NCBI GenBank assembly: GCA_046597055.1
Contig: JBKJLC010000071.1
Location: forward strand, 1 to 22,115
Direction of reading: 5' to 3'
Length of the DNA: 22,115 nt
Source: Kofleriaceae bacterium
GTDB lineage: Bacteria > Myxococcota_A > Polyangia > Haliangiales > Haliangiaceae
The position numbers were made by a program, and so were the translations under genes. The notes under the pieces were generated by a model, which searched no databases, was not told where the DNA came from, and saw only the letters and a program-made list of their open reading frames with translations. Positions 11,914 to 22,115 of this stretch are shown piece by piece (positions within the stretch are counted from its first letter, which is position 1; every line of letters begins with the position of its first letter).

Positions 11914-12899
11914 GCCTCGTCCGGTCCGTGGCTGTGCCCGGACACCGCCCAGCTCCCGGCCGCGGGCTCGCCGCGCCGGCGCAGCGCGACCAGCTCGGCG
12001 GCGATCGCGATCGCGATCTCGGCCGGCGTCTCGGCCCCGAGATCGAGCCCGATCGGCGCGTGCAGGGCCGGCCAGCGCGACAGATCGAGGCCCTTCGCGG
12101 CCAGCCGCTTCTTGAAGCGGCCGACCTTGCCGCGCGAGCCGATCATCCCGAGGTACGCGACCGGCTTGTCGAGCAAGTCCTCGAGCAGCCGCTGATCCAC
12201 CGCGTGGTCGCGGGTGACGATGAACAGGTGATCGCCGTCGCCGAGCGGACCGAGCGCGCGCTCGACGTCGACCACCGCGAACGACTCGATCACCCGGGCC
12301 GCCCACGGTGGCGGCGCCTCCAGCGCGCCGGTGTCCCCGTCGTCGCACACGATCACCTCGAAGCCGAGCGGCGCCAGCAGCGGACCGAGCGCGCGGGTGA
12401 CGTGACCGTGACCGAACAGGATCGCGCGATCGGGCACCGCGATGCCCTCGCGCAGGACGCCGCCGTCGATCGCGGGCCGGCGCGCGGCCCGGGCGGTCGC
12501 GGCATCGGCGGGCGTGAGGGCCAGCGCCCCGTCGTCACAGCCGGTGATCAGGAGCGCCGGCTCGCGCCGCTGCCACGCCGCGACCGCGGCCGCGACCGCG
12601 GCCCGCGCCGGCCGCGCGAGCACCAGCTCCATCCAGCCGCCGCAGCACATCGCGAGATCGCGCACGAGGTGGTGGCGCACCCGCCGCGGCGTGCCGTCGG
12701 CGAGCACCTCCCGGGCGGTCGCGATCACCTCGACCTCGATCCGACCACCGCCGATGGTGCCGAGGATCCGGTCGTTGCCACAGATCGCCATCCGCGCGCC
12801 GGGATGGCGCGGGGTCGAGCCACCGGTCGCGATCACGGTCGCCAGGACGACAGGGTGGCCGCGGTCGAGCTCGGCGAGGACGTCGGCGAGGAGCCGCAC
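11910..12899 (-). CDS. xdhC: XdhC/CoxI family molybdo-hydroxylase accessory protein
   Basis: GSTPRHPGARM, GTIGGG, MCCGG, FGHGHV, VTRDHAVD, YLGMIGSRGK, APIGLDLGAETPAEIAIAIAAEL. Confidence 0.93.
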   Translation of the reverse strand: MRLLADVLAELDRGHPVVLATVIATGGSTPRHPGARMAICGNDRILGTIGGGRIEVEVIATAREVLADGTPRRVRHHLVRDLAMCCGGWMELVLARPARAAVAAAVAAWQRREPALLITGCDDGALALTPADAATARAARRPAIDGGVLREGIAVPDRAILFGHGHVTRALGPLLAPLGFEVIVCDDGDTGALEAPPPWAARVIESFAVVDVERALGPLGDGDHLFIVTRDHAVDQRLLEDLLDKPVAYLGMIGSRGKVGRFKKRLAAKGLDLSRWPALHAPIGLDLGAETPAEIAIAIAAELVALRRRGEPAAGSWAVSGHSHGPDEA

Positions 12900-12956
12900 G
12901 CCGGCAGCCTACCAGCTTTGGTACCGGTGGCCGCCCGTGCGGGGTAGCATGCGCGC
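12900..12956. promoter_or_regulatory. Compact divergent promoter region with two -10 elements
   Basis: TAGGCT on the minus strand (12906-12911) lies 6 nt before the xdhC GTG. TAGCAT on the plus strand (12945-12950) lies 6 nt before ATG 12957. Neither has a Shine-Dalgarno. Confidence 0.55.
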
Positions 12957-14138
12957 ATGGCAGCCGGGCTCCGGGTGGTGGCGACCAACAACGTGGCGGT
13001 GTTCCGCCATCTCGCTGACGCGCCCATGGTCCGGCTCGGGGTTACGTACCAGGTCGTCGCCAGCCGCGCCGAGCTGTTCGCCGCGCTGCGCGCCGAGCCG
13101 ACCTCGGTCGCGCTGGTCGACGTCGAGCTCGCCGGCGGCAGCGGCTACGAGGCGTGCCGCGCGATCAAGGACGACCCCAACCTCACCGCGACCCGGGTCG
13201 CGCTGGTGCTGCCGCCCGGCGGCGTCGATCGCGCGACGATCGACCGGCTGTCGGCGTCGGGCTGCGACGACGTCATCATGCCGCCGCTCACCGAGGACGA
13301 TTTCTACGTGCACCTGGCCCAGCTCACCGAGCTGCCGCTACGGCGCGACCGCCGGATCCCGGTCGAGCTCGACGTCGAGCTGCCCGGTGGCGAGTCGACG
13401 ATCGTCGGGCAGGTCACCAACGTCGGGCCCGGCGGGATCGGGCTGCGGGTCTCGGTGCCCCTGAGCACCGGCGCGGCCCTGACCGCGCGGTTCCGGGTCG
13501 GCGACCAGCACAGCCCCGAGACCCACGCCGCGGTCGCCTGGTGCCGTCTGGCCGGGCCCATCGACCTCGACCGCGGCGAGCCCGCGTACGCCGCCGGCCT
13601 GGCCTGGACCGGCGAGGTGCCGCTGCGGACCCGGCTCCTGCTCGAGCAGGTCGCGTTGTTCGATGTCGCCGAGCCCGACCCGGCCACGCCCGGCGACCGC
13701 GCCGTCACGGTCACGCTCCATGGCGACTTCACCGAGATGACGCGCTTCGAGGCGCTGGTCGCGCGCCTGGTCGGCGTCGACGACATCATCTTCGACCTCG
13801 CCGGCGTGCGCTACATCAGCTCGGCCGGCGTCCGCGCCTGGTGCGAGCTGCTCGAGACCGTGGCCGGCGCCCGCAAGCGCTTCCGCCACTGCTCGATCGC
13901 GTTCGCGTCGCAGGCGGCGATGGTGCCGCTGGTCCTCGCCGACGGCGAGGTGCTGTCGCTCGAGGCGCCCTACTACTGCGAGCCGTGCGGCCGCGACGAG
14001 GTCCGGCTCCTCGAGATCGGCCTGATCGCGCGCGACGGCGATCGCTTGTTGCCGCCGCACCTCACCTGCGGTGCCTGCGGCGCCGCCACCGAGCTCGACG
14101 ACCTGCCCGAGCGCTACTTCGCGTTCCTCAGCCAGTAG
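12957..14138 (+). CDS. Multidomain signalling protein: atypical receiver - PilZ - STAS - Zn ribbon
   Basis: ALVDVELAGGSGYEACRAIK (receiver). RRDRR and NVGPGG (PilZ). FDLAGVRYISSAGVRAW (STAS). CEPC...CGAC (Zn ribbon). Confidence 0.85.
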   Translation: MAAGLRVVATNNVAVFRHLADAPMVRLGVTYQVVASRAELFAALRAEPTSVALVDVELAGGSGYEACRAIKDDPNLTATRVALVLPPGGVDRATIDRLSASGCDDVIMPPLTEDDFYVHLAQLTELPLRRDRRIPVELDVELPGGESTIVGQVTNVGPGGIGLRVSVPLSTGAALTARFRVGDQHSPETHAAVAWCRLAGPIDLDRGEPAYAAGLAWTGEVPLRTRLLLEQVALFDVAEPDPATPGDRAVTVTLHGDFTEMTRFEALVARLVGVDDIIFDLAGVRYISSAGVRAWCELLETVAGARKRFRHCSIAFASQAAMVPLVLADGEVLSLEAPYYCEPCGRDEVRLLEIGLIARDGDRLLPPHLTCGACGAATELDDLPERYFAFLSQ

Positions 14139-14151
14139 CTAGAGCACCGAA

Positions 14152-14931
14152 CTAGCGCTGGTTGATCGCGAGGATGTGGTCGACCACCTCGCGCAGGCCG
14201 GCGCCCTCGGGCCGCTCGGTGAGGTAGCTCGGCTTGAAGGTCAGCTCGTCCCACCAGGCGCGGATGTTGGCGACGCCGACCGACTTGGGGAAGCCGCCGA
14301 ACATCGGCGCGTCGTTGAGGGCGTCGCCGACGAACACGTACGGATCGAGGTCGTTGCCGTCGCCGCCGAGCACCTGGCGCACGACGGTCACGCACGCCGA
14401 CAGCTTGTCGAAGTGGGGCGGCCCGAAGTTGACGTGCACGCTCGACCGCGACGCGGCGAAGCCGGCGCGCCGGATGATCGCCACCACCTCGTCGGCGTCC
14501 TCCTTGGACAGCGACGCCTCCTCGTTCCAGTCGACGGCGAGGTCGACCTCGCGGTAGCGCGAGTCGCCCGACAGGCGGGCGCCGGGCACCTTGGTCGAGA
14601 CCTCGGACAGCACCTCGAGCATGCGGCGCCGCCACTCGGGCAGGCTCGCCGCCGGCACGCCGTAGAGCTTGCAGGTGCGGCGACCGTCGCGGGTCCAGGT
14701 CACGCCACCGTTCTCGGTGACGACCGCGGCCACCGGCGCGACGCTCATGAACGCCTGACCCCAGCCGGCCGGACGGCCGGTCACCAGGATCACCGGAACG
14801 CCTGCCTCGCCGAGCCGCTCGAGCGCGACGTAGGTCGCAGCTTCGACCCGGCCCTGCGAGGTGATGGTCCCGTCGATATCCGAGAACAGCGCGCGGACGG
14901 GGCCGCGCAGGTCGCTAACTGGCAACGCCAT
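14152..14931 (-). CDS. HAD-superfamily subfamily IIB hydrolase
   Basis: DIDGT, VTGRPAGW, ENGG, DK, VGDALNDAPMF, VGVAN. Confidence 0.92.
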   Translation of the reverse strand: MALPVSDLRGPVRALFSDIDGTITSQGRVEAATYVALERLGEAGVPVILVTGRPAGWGQAFMSVAPVAAVVTENGGVTWTRDGRRTCKLYGVPAASLPEWRRRMLEVLSEVSTKVPGARLSGDSRYREVDLAVDWNEEASLSKEDADEVVAIIRRAGFAASRSSVHVNFGPPHFDKLSACVTVVRQVLGGDGNDLDPYVFVGDALNDAPMFGGFPKSVGVANIRAWWDELTFKPSYLTERPEGAGLREVVDHILAINQR

Positions 14932-15035
14932 GGGGCGGGTCTATAGCACCGATCCCGAGGGACCTGGCGCTCCGCCGAGGCGCGCCCGGGAGCGCTCCCC
15001 CACCACGCGGTTGCCGCGCGCTGCGTGCCGACCGC

Positions 15036-15272
15036 TTACGCGATCAGCTTGAGGGCCGGGGCGCCGAGCGCCTCGGCGACCGGGCGGGCCAGGGTGCGCG
15101 TGCGCTGCTTGCCCAGCCAGTCCTCGAGGTCGTGGAGGTTCAGGCGAACGATGCCGCCGACCTTGAAGACGGGCAGCGGATCGGCCGGGCGCTGCGCCAT
15201 GTAGCGGCACCAGCGCTCCGAGCGGCCAAGGGCGTGGGCGATGGACTTCCAGGTCTCGACGTAGGTGCTCAT
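15036..15272 (-). CDS. Small winged helix-turn-helix DNA-binding protein (Xis/MerR/BldC-like), 78 aa
   Basis: WKSIAHALGRSERWC...PLPVFKVGGIVRLNLHDLEDWL. GAGGA SD upstream of the ATG. Native high-GC codon usage. Confidence 0.8.
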   Translation of the reverse strand: MSTYVETWKSIAHALGRSERWCRYMAQRPADPLPVFKVGGIVRLNLHDLEDWLGKQRTRTLARPVAEALGAPALKLIA

Positions 15273-15335
15273 GGTGGGATTCCTCGGTTGGGAAGTGGCG
15301 CGCGGGGTATGCGCCGGGGTTGCGAGGAATCTCAA

Positions 15336-15351
15336 TGCACTGCGCGTGCCG
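15336..15351 (-). promoter_or_regulatory. Sigma54 (-24/-12) promoter candidate for the HTH gene
   Basis: Minus strand reads CGGCACGCGCAGTGCA (GG-N10-GC; consensus TGGCACG-N4-TTGC), about 64 nt upstream of the ATG. Confidence 0.6.
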
Positions 15352-15629
15352 GGATTGGGCGGCGATTGCTTCGACGCCGAAGCATTCAGGATCTCAAAGG
15401 AAATGCCGTTCGATGCCAGGCGGTGCCGGCGAGTGCCACACCTTCCCGGCAGGTGTCACACAGGATCGGTAAAGATCGTGACACTCACTGTCTCACCGGC
15501 GTGACCAGTGGTTGGCAACCCCGTGTTGCCAGCGCCACTCCGAGGTCGCGAAGTCGGGAATATCTTCACGCCTGCCCTGCCCTGCGGGAGAGCGGCACCG
15601 GCACGACCGATCAGTTATCCTGGTCAGAC

Positions 15630-17492
15630 ATGCATCGCTGGACCTTGGTGGGGCTCGGCGCGGCGCTGGCCGCGATCCTCGTTCCGGTTGCCGGCTCGAT
15701 GGTCATCGGCACCGCCACCGCGGCGCCGCTCGACATCTATCCGCTGTCCAAGGTCAAGCGTGGCCAGGTCGGCTACGGGATGACGACGTTCCAGGGCACG
15801 ACCCCCGAACGGTTCGAGTTCGAGGTGGTCGGGGTCCAGAAGAACTTCGTTCCCAAGATGGACATCATCATCGTCAAGTCCAACGACGAGAAGCTCAAGG
15901 TCTCGGGCTTCTGGCGCGGCATGTCAGGCAGTCCGCTCTACATCGAGGGCAAGCTGGCCTGCGCGTTCTCGTACGGGTTCGCGTTCAACCGCGTCTCGCT
16001 CGGGGGCTGCACGCCGCTCGAGTACATGATCCGCGAGGGCTTCGACACCCGCCGGCGCAGCGCCCCGGGCGCCCTGGCGCCGCCGTCGACGATGGCGCAG
16101 TGGCGGCAGGTCACGCCGACCGGCTCGATCGATGACCTGTTCGGCGGCACCCGCACGCCGTGGCTGCTGTCGGCGCCGCTGCCGCCGCGGCCGCCGGCCC
16201 CGCGCGAGACCACCGAGGGCGCGATGACCGCGTCGGTCCCGCTGGCGCTGGGTGGCTTCACCGGCCCGGCGTTCGCCGAGGTCGAGAAGCTGTTCGCCGG
16301 GTACCCGCTGACCCCGATGCGCGCCGGCGGCGGCGGCTCGGCCAACGCGACCAGCGAGGGCCCGACCGAGTTTCTGATGGGCGCGTCGATCTCGGTGCAG
16401 CTGATCCGCGGGGACATGTCCGCCGCCGGCACCGGCACGGTCTCGTACGTCGATGGCAACCGGGTGCTCGCGTTCGGCCACCCGATGTTCCAGGCCGGCG
16501 AGGTCTACGCCCCGGTCGCCTCGGCCGAGGTCCAGACCGTCATCGCGTCGGCGCAGTTCCCGTTCGTGATGGCGACCCCGAAGCGCGAGCTCGGCTCGCT
16601 GGTCCAGGACCGGCAGTCGACGATCATGGCCGACACCAAGCTGAAGAGCACCATGATCCCGATCGACATTCACATCACGACCCGGCCGGTCGACAAGGGC
16701 AAGGTCGAGACCGCCGACTTCCACGTCGAGGTGCTCGACGACAAGTTCCTGACCTCGGCGCTGGCCGGCTCGGCCGCGCTGAACGCGGTCAGCCTGTACC
16801 TGCCCGACCGCGACCACGTCACCGCGAAGATCGAGTCGCTCGTGAAGATCAAGAACCTGGGCGAGCTGCGCTTCACCGACTACCTGTACGCCAACGACGG
16901 CGCCAGCTCGGTGATCGGCGGCGCCCGCGGGCTGCGCGCGCTGGCCGCGCTGGCGTTCAACCCGTTCGCGGCCGCCAAGGCCGAGCGGGTCGAGCTGTGG
17001 ATCGACCTGACGTTCGCGGCCGACTTCGGCGAGGTCAAGGAGCTGCGGCTGCCCGGCCCCGAGCTGCGGCCGGGGCGCGACAACAAGGTGACGGTGGTGA
17101 TGGACGCGATCGACGGGACCGAGGTGTCCGAGGTGCTGACGTTCAAGGTGCCGCAGGCGCTGGCCGGCTCGATGGTGCAGCTCGAGGTGATCGCCGGCGA
17201 CGCGGCCCGGCTCGACGCGGCGCCGCCGGTCGACCTGGCCAGCCTGCTGAAGGCGTTCCGCAGCCTCTTGCCCGGCAACGTCTGGGCGATCACGCTGTAC
17301 GCGCCCGACGAGGGCGTCGCGGTCGGCGGCGTGATCGTGCGCGATCTGCCGCCGAGCATGCACGACAAGCTGCACCCGAGCTCTCGCACCCAGCGCGCGG
17401 CGGCGTTCCGGCCGATCGTGCGCAGCCAGGTCAAGGCCCGCCACGTGATCGGCGGCGGCTCGACCCTGCTCGTCCGGATCGCGGACGAGTGA
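15630..17492 (+). CDS. Secreted SpoIVB-like peptidase (family S55), no PDZ domain recognised
   Basis: Signal peptide MHRWTLVGLGAALAAIL..., GMSGSPLYIEGKL nucleophile motif, GTVSYVDGNRVLAFGHP histidine motif. Start at ATG 15630 within track ORF 15132..17492. Confidence 0.9.
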   Translation: MHRWTLVGLGAALAAILVPVAGSMVIGTATAAPLDIYPLSKVKRGQVGYGMTTFQGTTPERFEFEVVGVQKNFVPKMDIIIVKSNDEKLKVSGFWRGMSGSPLYIEGKLACAFSYGFAFNRVSLGGCTPLEYMIREGFDTRRRSAPGALAPPSTMAQWRQVTPTGSIDDLFGGTRTPWLLSAPLPPRPPAPRETTEGAMTASVPLALGGFTGPAFAEVEKLFAGYPLTPMRAGGGGSANATSEGPTEFLMGASISVQLIRGDMSAAGTGTVSYVDGNRVLAFGHPMFQAGEVYAPVASAEVQTVIASAQFPFVMATPKRELGSLVQDRQSTIMADTKLKSTMIPIDIHITTRPVDKGKVETADFHVEVLDDKFLTSALAGSAALNAVSLYLPDRDHVTAKIESLVKIKNLGELRFTDYLYANDGASSVIGGARGLRALAALAFNPFAAAKAERVELWIDLTFAADFGEVKELRLPGPELRPGRDNKVTVVMDAIDGTEVSEVLTFKVPQALAGSMVQLEVIAGDAARLDAAPPVDLASLLKAFRSLLPGNVWAITLYAPDEGVAVGGVIVRDLPPSMHDKLHPSSRTQRAAAFRPIVRSQVKARHVIGGGSTLLVRIADE

Positions 17493-17566
17493 TCCGCTGC
17501 CTCGTGACCGGATGCCCGCTCGCCTGACGCCACCCGCCTGGTTCGCCCGTTCGTGAAGGAGACTCT

Positions 17567-19714
<2,148 letters not shown>

Positions 19715-19785
19715 GCAAGCGAAGCGAGCCGGGCCGCGGCGACCGCGGTCACACCGCGCAGGCGGCGGTCAGGCGGGCGTTCGGA

Positions 19786-20208
19786 TCAACGGGGTCCGAG
19801 ACTGTCCGTCAGGCCCACGCGGGGTTGCACCGTGGGATCGCCGGCGGCGAGCAGCCGCTGGACCGCCGCGATCAGCTCGTTGCCGCGGACCGGCTTCTCG
19901 AGCACCAGATCGGGGCCGCTCTCGACGTCGTACGTGCTGTAGCCGGTGACCATGATGATCGGGATCCGCGGCCACCACTCGCGCACGTGGGTGGTGAGCT
20001 GGATGCCGTCCATGCCCGGCATCGTGAGGTCGGTGATCAGCAGGTCGATCCGTCCACCCGCGGTCATGCGCACGACCGCCTCGCCGCCGCTGCTGGCCTC
20101 GATCACCGTGTACCCGGCCCTGGTCAACCAGCGGCGGAATACATCGCGCACGATGGGCTCGTCATCGACGACCAGGACCACGCCCGCGACCAACGTCGTC
20201 GTTTCCAT
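19786..20208 (-). CDS. Single-domain response regulator (CheY-like)
   Basis: VLVVDDE, LLITDLTMPGMDG, MVTG, LEKP all intact. Seen as the C-terminal part of track ORF 19786..21720. Confidence 0.9.
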   Translation of the reverse strand: METTTLVAGVVLVVDDEPIVRDVFRRWLTRAGYTVIEASSGGEAVVRMTAGGRIDLLITDLTMPGMDGIQLTTHVREWWPRIPIIMVTGYSTYDVESGPDLVLEKPVRGNELIAAVQRLLAAGDPTVQPRVGLTDSLGPR

Positions 20209-20354
20209 CCACGGTCGAATCGGCCACGTCGAGCGGACGTTCAGTGCGGAGCACGTGATCCGAGGTGAAAGTCTCGAGCGGGGTGGGCGCCCCGCCCTCC
20301 AGCCACGACACCGCACGCCCCTCAACTGCGCCCGGTCACGACGATTGCGTTCAC

Positions 20355-22094
20355 TCAGTACGTCACGCAGGGCTCGAGGGGGGTGCCATCGGGGCGCATC
20401 GCACACACCTGAACGAAGGTGGGATAGACGGCGAGCATGACGTAGTGATGTTCGCGGGCGACGTGGCGCATGCCGTCGGCGTGCCGGCACGCGGGGCGGC
20501 CGGCGATGCCGCAGGTGATGGGATAGAGCGAGGCGCCGCCGCCGCCGCTCACGATGTAGTCGAGGCCGTCCTGGCGGCCGCGCTGATAGAGGTGATCGTG
20601 GCCGGAGAACAGCAGGGTCACGCCGGCGCGCACGAGGATCGGCGCGTACTGGCGGGCGGCGACCTGGTTGCCGCCGTGGGTGCCGCGCGCAAACGGCCCG
20701 TCGTGGGTGAACGCCAGGATCGTGCGCGCGCCGGCGCGGCGGGCCGCGGCGAGGTCGGCCTCGAGCCATCGCTGCTGCGCCGGGTCGTCGTAGGCGTTGG
20801 AGTCGAGCATCACGAAGTGCACGCCGGCGACGGCGAAGCTGTACCAGCCGGCCGCGGGCCGGTCCGGGGGCGGCGCCGGGAACCCGAACAGCTCGTTCAT
20901 CCGCCGGCCGAGATCGCCGGCGCGCCCGACGTCGTGGTTGCCGAGCACGGAGTAGTACGGGACCGCGGCCAGCAGCGGCCCGGCCACGGCGAAGAACCGC
21001 TGCCAGTCGGCCTCGTCGTTGCCGCGCAGGACCAGGTCGCCCGACGCCACCACCAGGTCGGGCGACTCGCCCTGGATCGCGGCGATCAGGCGGGCGTGGA
21101 TCGCGTGGCCGCCGCGGACGTCGCCGTAGACCGCGACCCGCAGCACCTCGCCAGCGGCGGGCGCGGTCGCGAACCGATGGACCGGGCCGGGCACGCCGTC
21201 GACGGTGAGTTGGTAGTGGATCCGGGTCGCGGCGGCCAGGCCGGGCAGCGCGAACTGGTGGCGCTGGCCGAGCGGCGCGCTGACCATGGTGCCGAGCGCG
21301 GCGGTGGGGCCCCACGCCAGCGTGACCCGCGCCGGCAGGTCGGTCTCGACCACGACGCCGGCCGCGGTGGGCCCGACGTGCTGGACGATCGGGCCGCGGA
21401 CGATCTTGCTCGCGCGGCGCGCGACGATCTCGAGCTCGAGCGCAGGCGCGCGGCTGTGCTCGCCGGGGTGGACCTCGACCGCGACCACGTTGTCGCCGGC
21501 GCGCAGGAGGCCGGGGGTGACCGGCACGAAGAAGGTCTCCCACTCCGGGCCGTGCGGCCGCTCGGCCAGGCGCAGCGGATGGCCGCCAGGCGCAAGCCCG
21601 CGGCGGGCGACCGGCACGCCGTTGAGCCAGATCGCGATGCCGTCGCGGTAGCGCGCGCGCAGCTCGAGCACGCGCAGCGTGGTCGCCGGCTCGTCGAGGA
21701 CGAAGCCCGCGAGCGCCCACAGCGCCGCGCGGCGCTGCCCGTCGGCGGGCGCCGCGGGCACCGGCCCGGCGACGCCACCGGCGAGTGCGAGCGGCCAGCC
21801 GGCCGGCGGCAGGTCCGGGCCATCGCCGACCAGGCTGACCCGCGCGCCCTGGCCGCGGGCGTGATCGAGGTCGGCCAGGACCACCCGGGCCAGCTGGTCG
21901 GTCAGGGCCGGGGCCTCGGCGGTGCGCACCACCAGCGACGCGCCCCGGGCGACCAGGACGAGCTCATCGGCGGACGGGGTCGGCGCTGGCGCGACCGTCA
22001 GGTCATCGTCGGCACCGGCGCTGGGCCCGACGCCGGGAGCGGCGGTCGCCAGCACGCCGAGGGCGCACAGCAAGACCGGCACGCGCGGACGCAC
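20355..22094 (-). CDS. Secreted calcineurin-like metallophosphoesterase (purple-acid-phosphatase-like architecture) with N-terminal jelly-roll and FN3 domains
   Basis: Signal peptide. Metal motifs YGD, GDLV, GNHD, TH, SGHDH. DGIAIWLNG...GDNVVAVEVH jelly-roll motif. Confidence 0.9.
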   Translation of the reverse strand: MRPRVPVLLCALGVLATAAPGVGPSAGADDDLTVAPAPTPSADELVLVARGASLVVRTAEAPALTDQLARVVLADLDHARGQGARVSLVGDGPDLPPAGWPLALAGGVAGPVPAAPADGQRRAALWALAGFVLDEPATTLRVLELRARYRDGIAIWLNGVPVARRGLAPGGHPLRLAERPHGPEWETFFVPVTPGLLRAGDNVVAVEVHPGEHSRAPALELEIVARRASKIVRGPIVQHVGPTAAGVVVETDLPARVTLAWGPTAALGTMVSAPLGQRHQFALPGLAAATRIHYQLTVDGVPGPVHRFATAPAAGEVLRVAVYGDVRGGHAIHARLIAAIQGESPDLVVASGDLVLRGNDEADWQRFFAVAGPLLAAVPYYSVLGNHDVGRAGDLGRRMNELFGFPAPPPDRPAAGWYSFAVAGVHFVMLDSNAYDDPAQQRWLEADLAAARRAGARTILAFTHDGPFARGTHGGNQVAARQYAPILVRAGVTLLFSGHDHLYQRGRQDGLDYIVSGGGGASLYPITCGIAGRPACRHADGMRHVAREHHYVMLAVYPTFVQVCAMRPDGTPLEPCVTY

Positions 22095-22100
22095 GCCTAC

Positions 22101-22106
22101 AGCCTA
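22101..22106 (-). promoter_or_regulatory. -10 element (TAGGCT) of a putative leaderless promoter
   Basis: TAGGCT-N6-GTG, the same hexamer and spacing as at xdhC. Confidence 0.5.
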
Positions 22107-22115
22107 GTGCACCGC

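Noticed and set aside
15036..15272. Excisionase marking a prophage or ICE boundary
   Set aside because: No integrase, tRNA, att repeat or coding-region compositional shift nearby.
15132..15629. N-terminal 166-aa extension of the S55 peptidase in the ORF track
   Set aside because: It overlaps the HTH gene and the regulatory region. The signal peptide begins at ATG 15630.
19715..19785. Intrinsic terminator between convergent genes
   Set aside because: Only short GC palindromes (e.g. GACCGCGGTC) and no U-tract, so not supportable.

Overview
Very GC-rich bacterial chromosomal window that looks myxobacterial (Myxococcota, possibly Kofleriaceae/Haliangium-like). This is inferred from a MYXO-CTERM-like tail, DAAP-rich linkers, a membrane Ser/Thr kinase and a REC-PilZ-STAS protein. 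It carries dnaB, a Ser/Thr kinase, a nucleoside catabolism operon (deoC - pyrimidine-nucleoside phosphorylase - purine-nucleoside phosphorylase - cdd), an SBBP-repeat surface protein, a ferritin-like diiron protein and an xdhC-mocA-lipoprotein operon. It also carries a pseudo-receiver/PilZ/STAS/Zn-ribbon protein, a HAD-IIB hydrolase, a small Xis/BldC-like HTH gene with a sigma54-like promoter, a SpoIVB (S55) peptidase plus beta-propeller gene pair, a single-domain response regulator and a secreted metallophosphoesterase. A ~138-bp palindromic REPIN/MITE-like repeat occurs twice, plus a half copy. The best leads are: (1) DeoC has an N-terminal encapsulation-peptide-like helix and a 4-Cys motif, suggesting this operon feeds a bacterial microcompartment encoded elsewhere; (2) the S55 peptidase has its catalytic motifs in permuted order; (3) the multi-branch repeat element; (4) recurrent leaderless-type promoters. 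No integrase, transposase, reverse transcriptase, CRISPR array, rRNA or tRNA was recognised.
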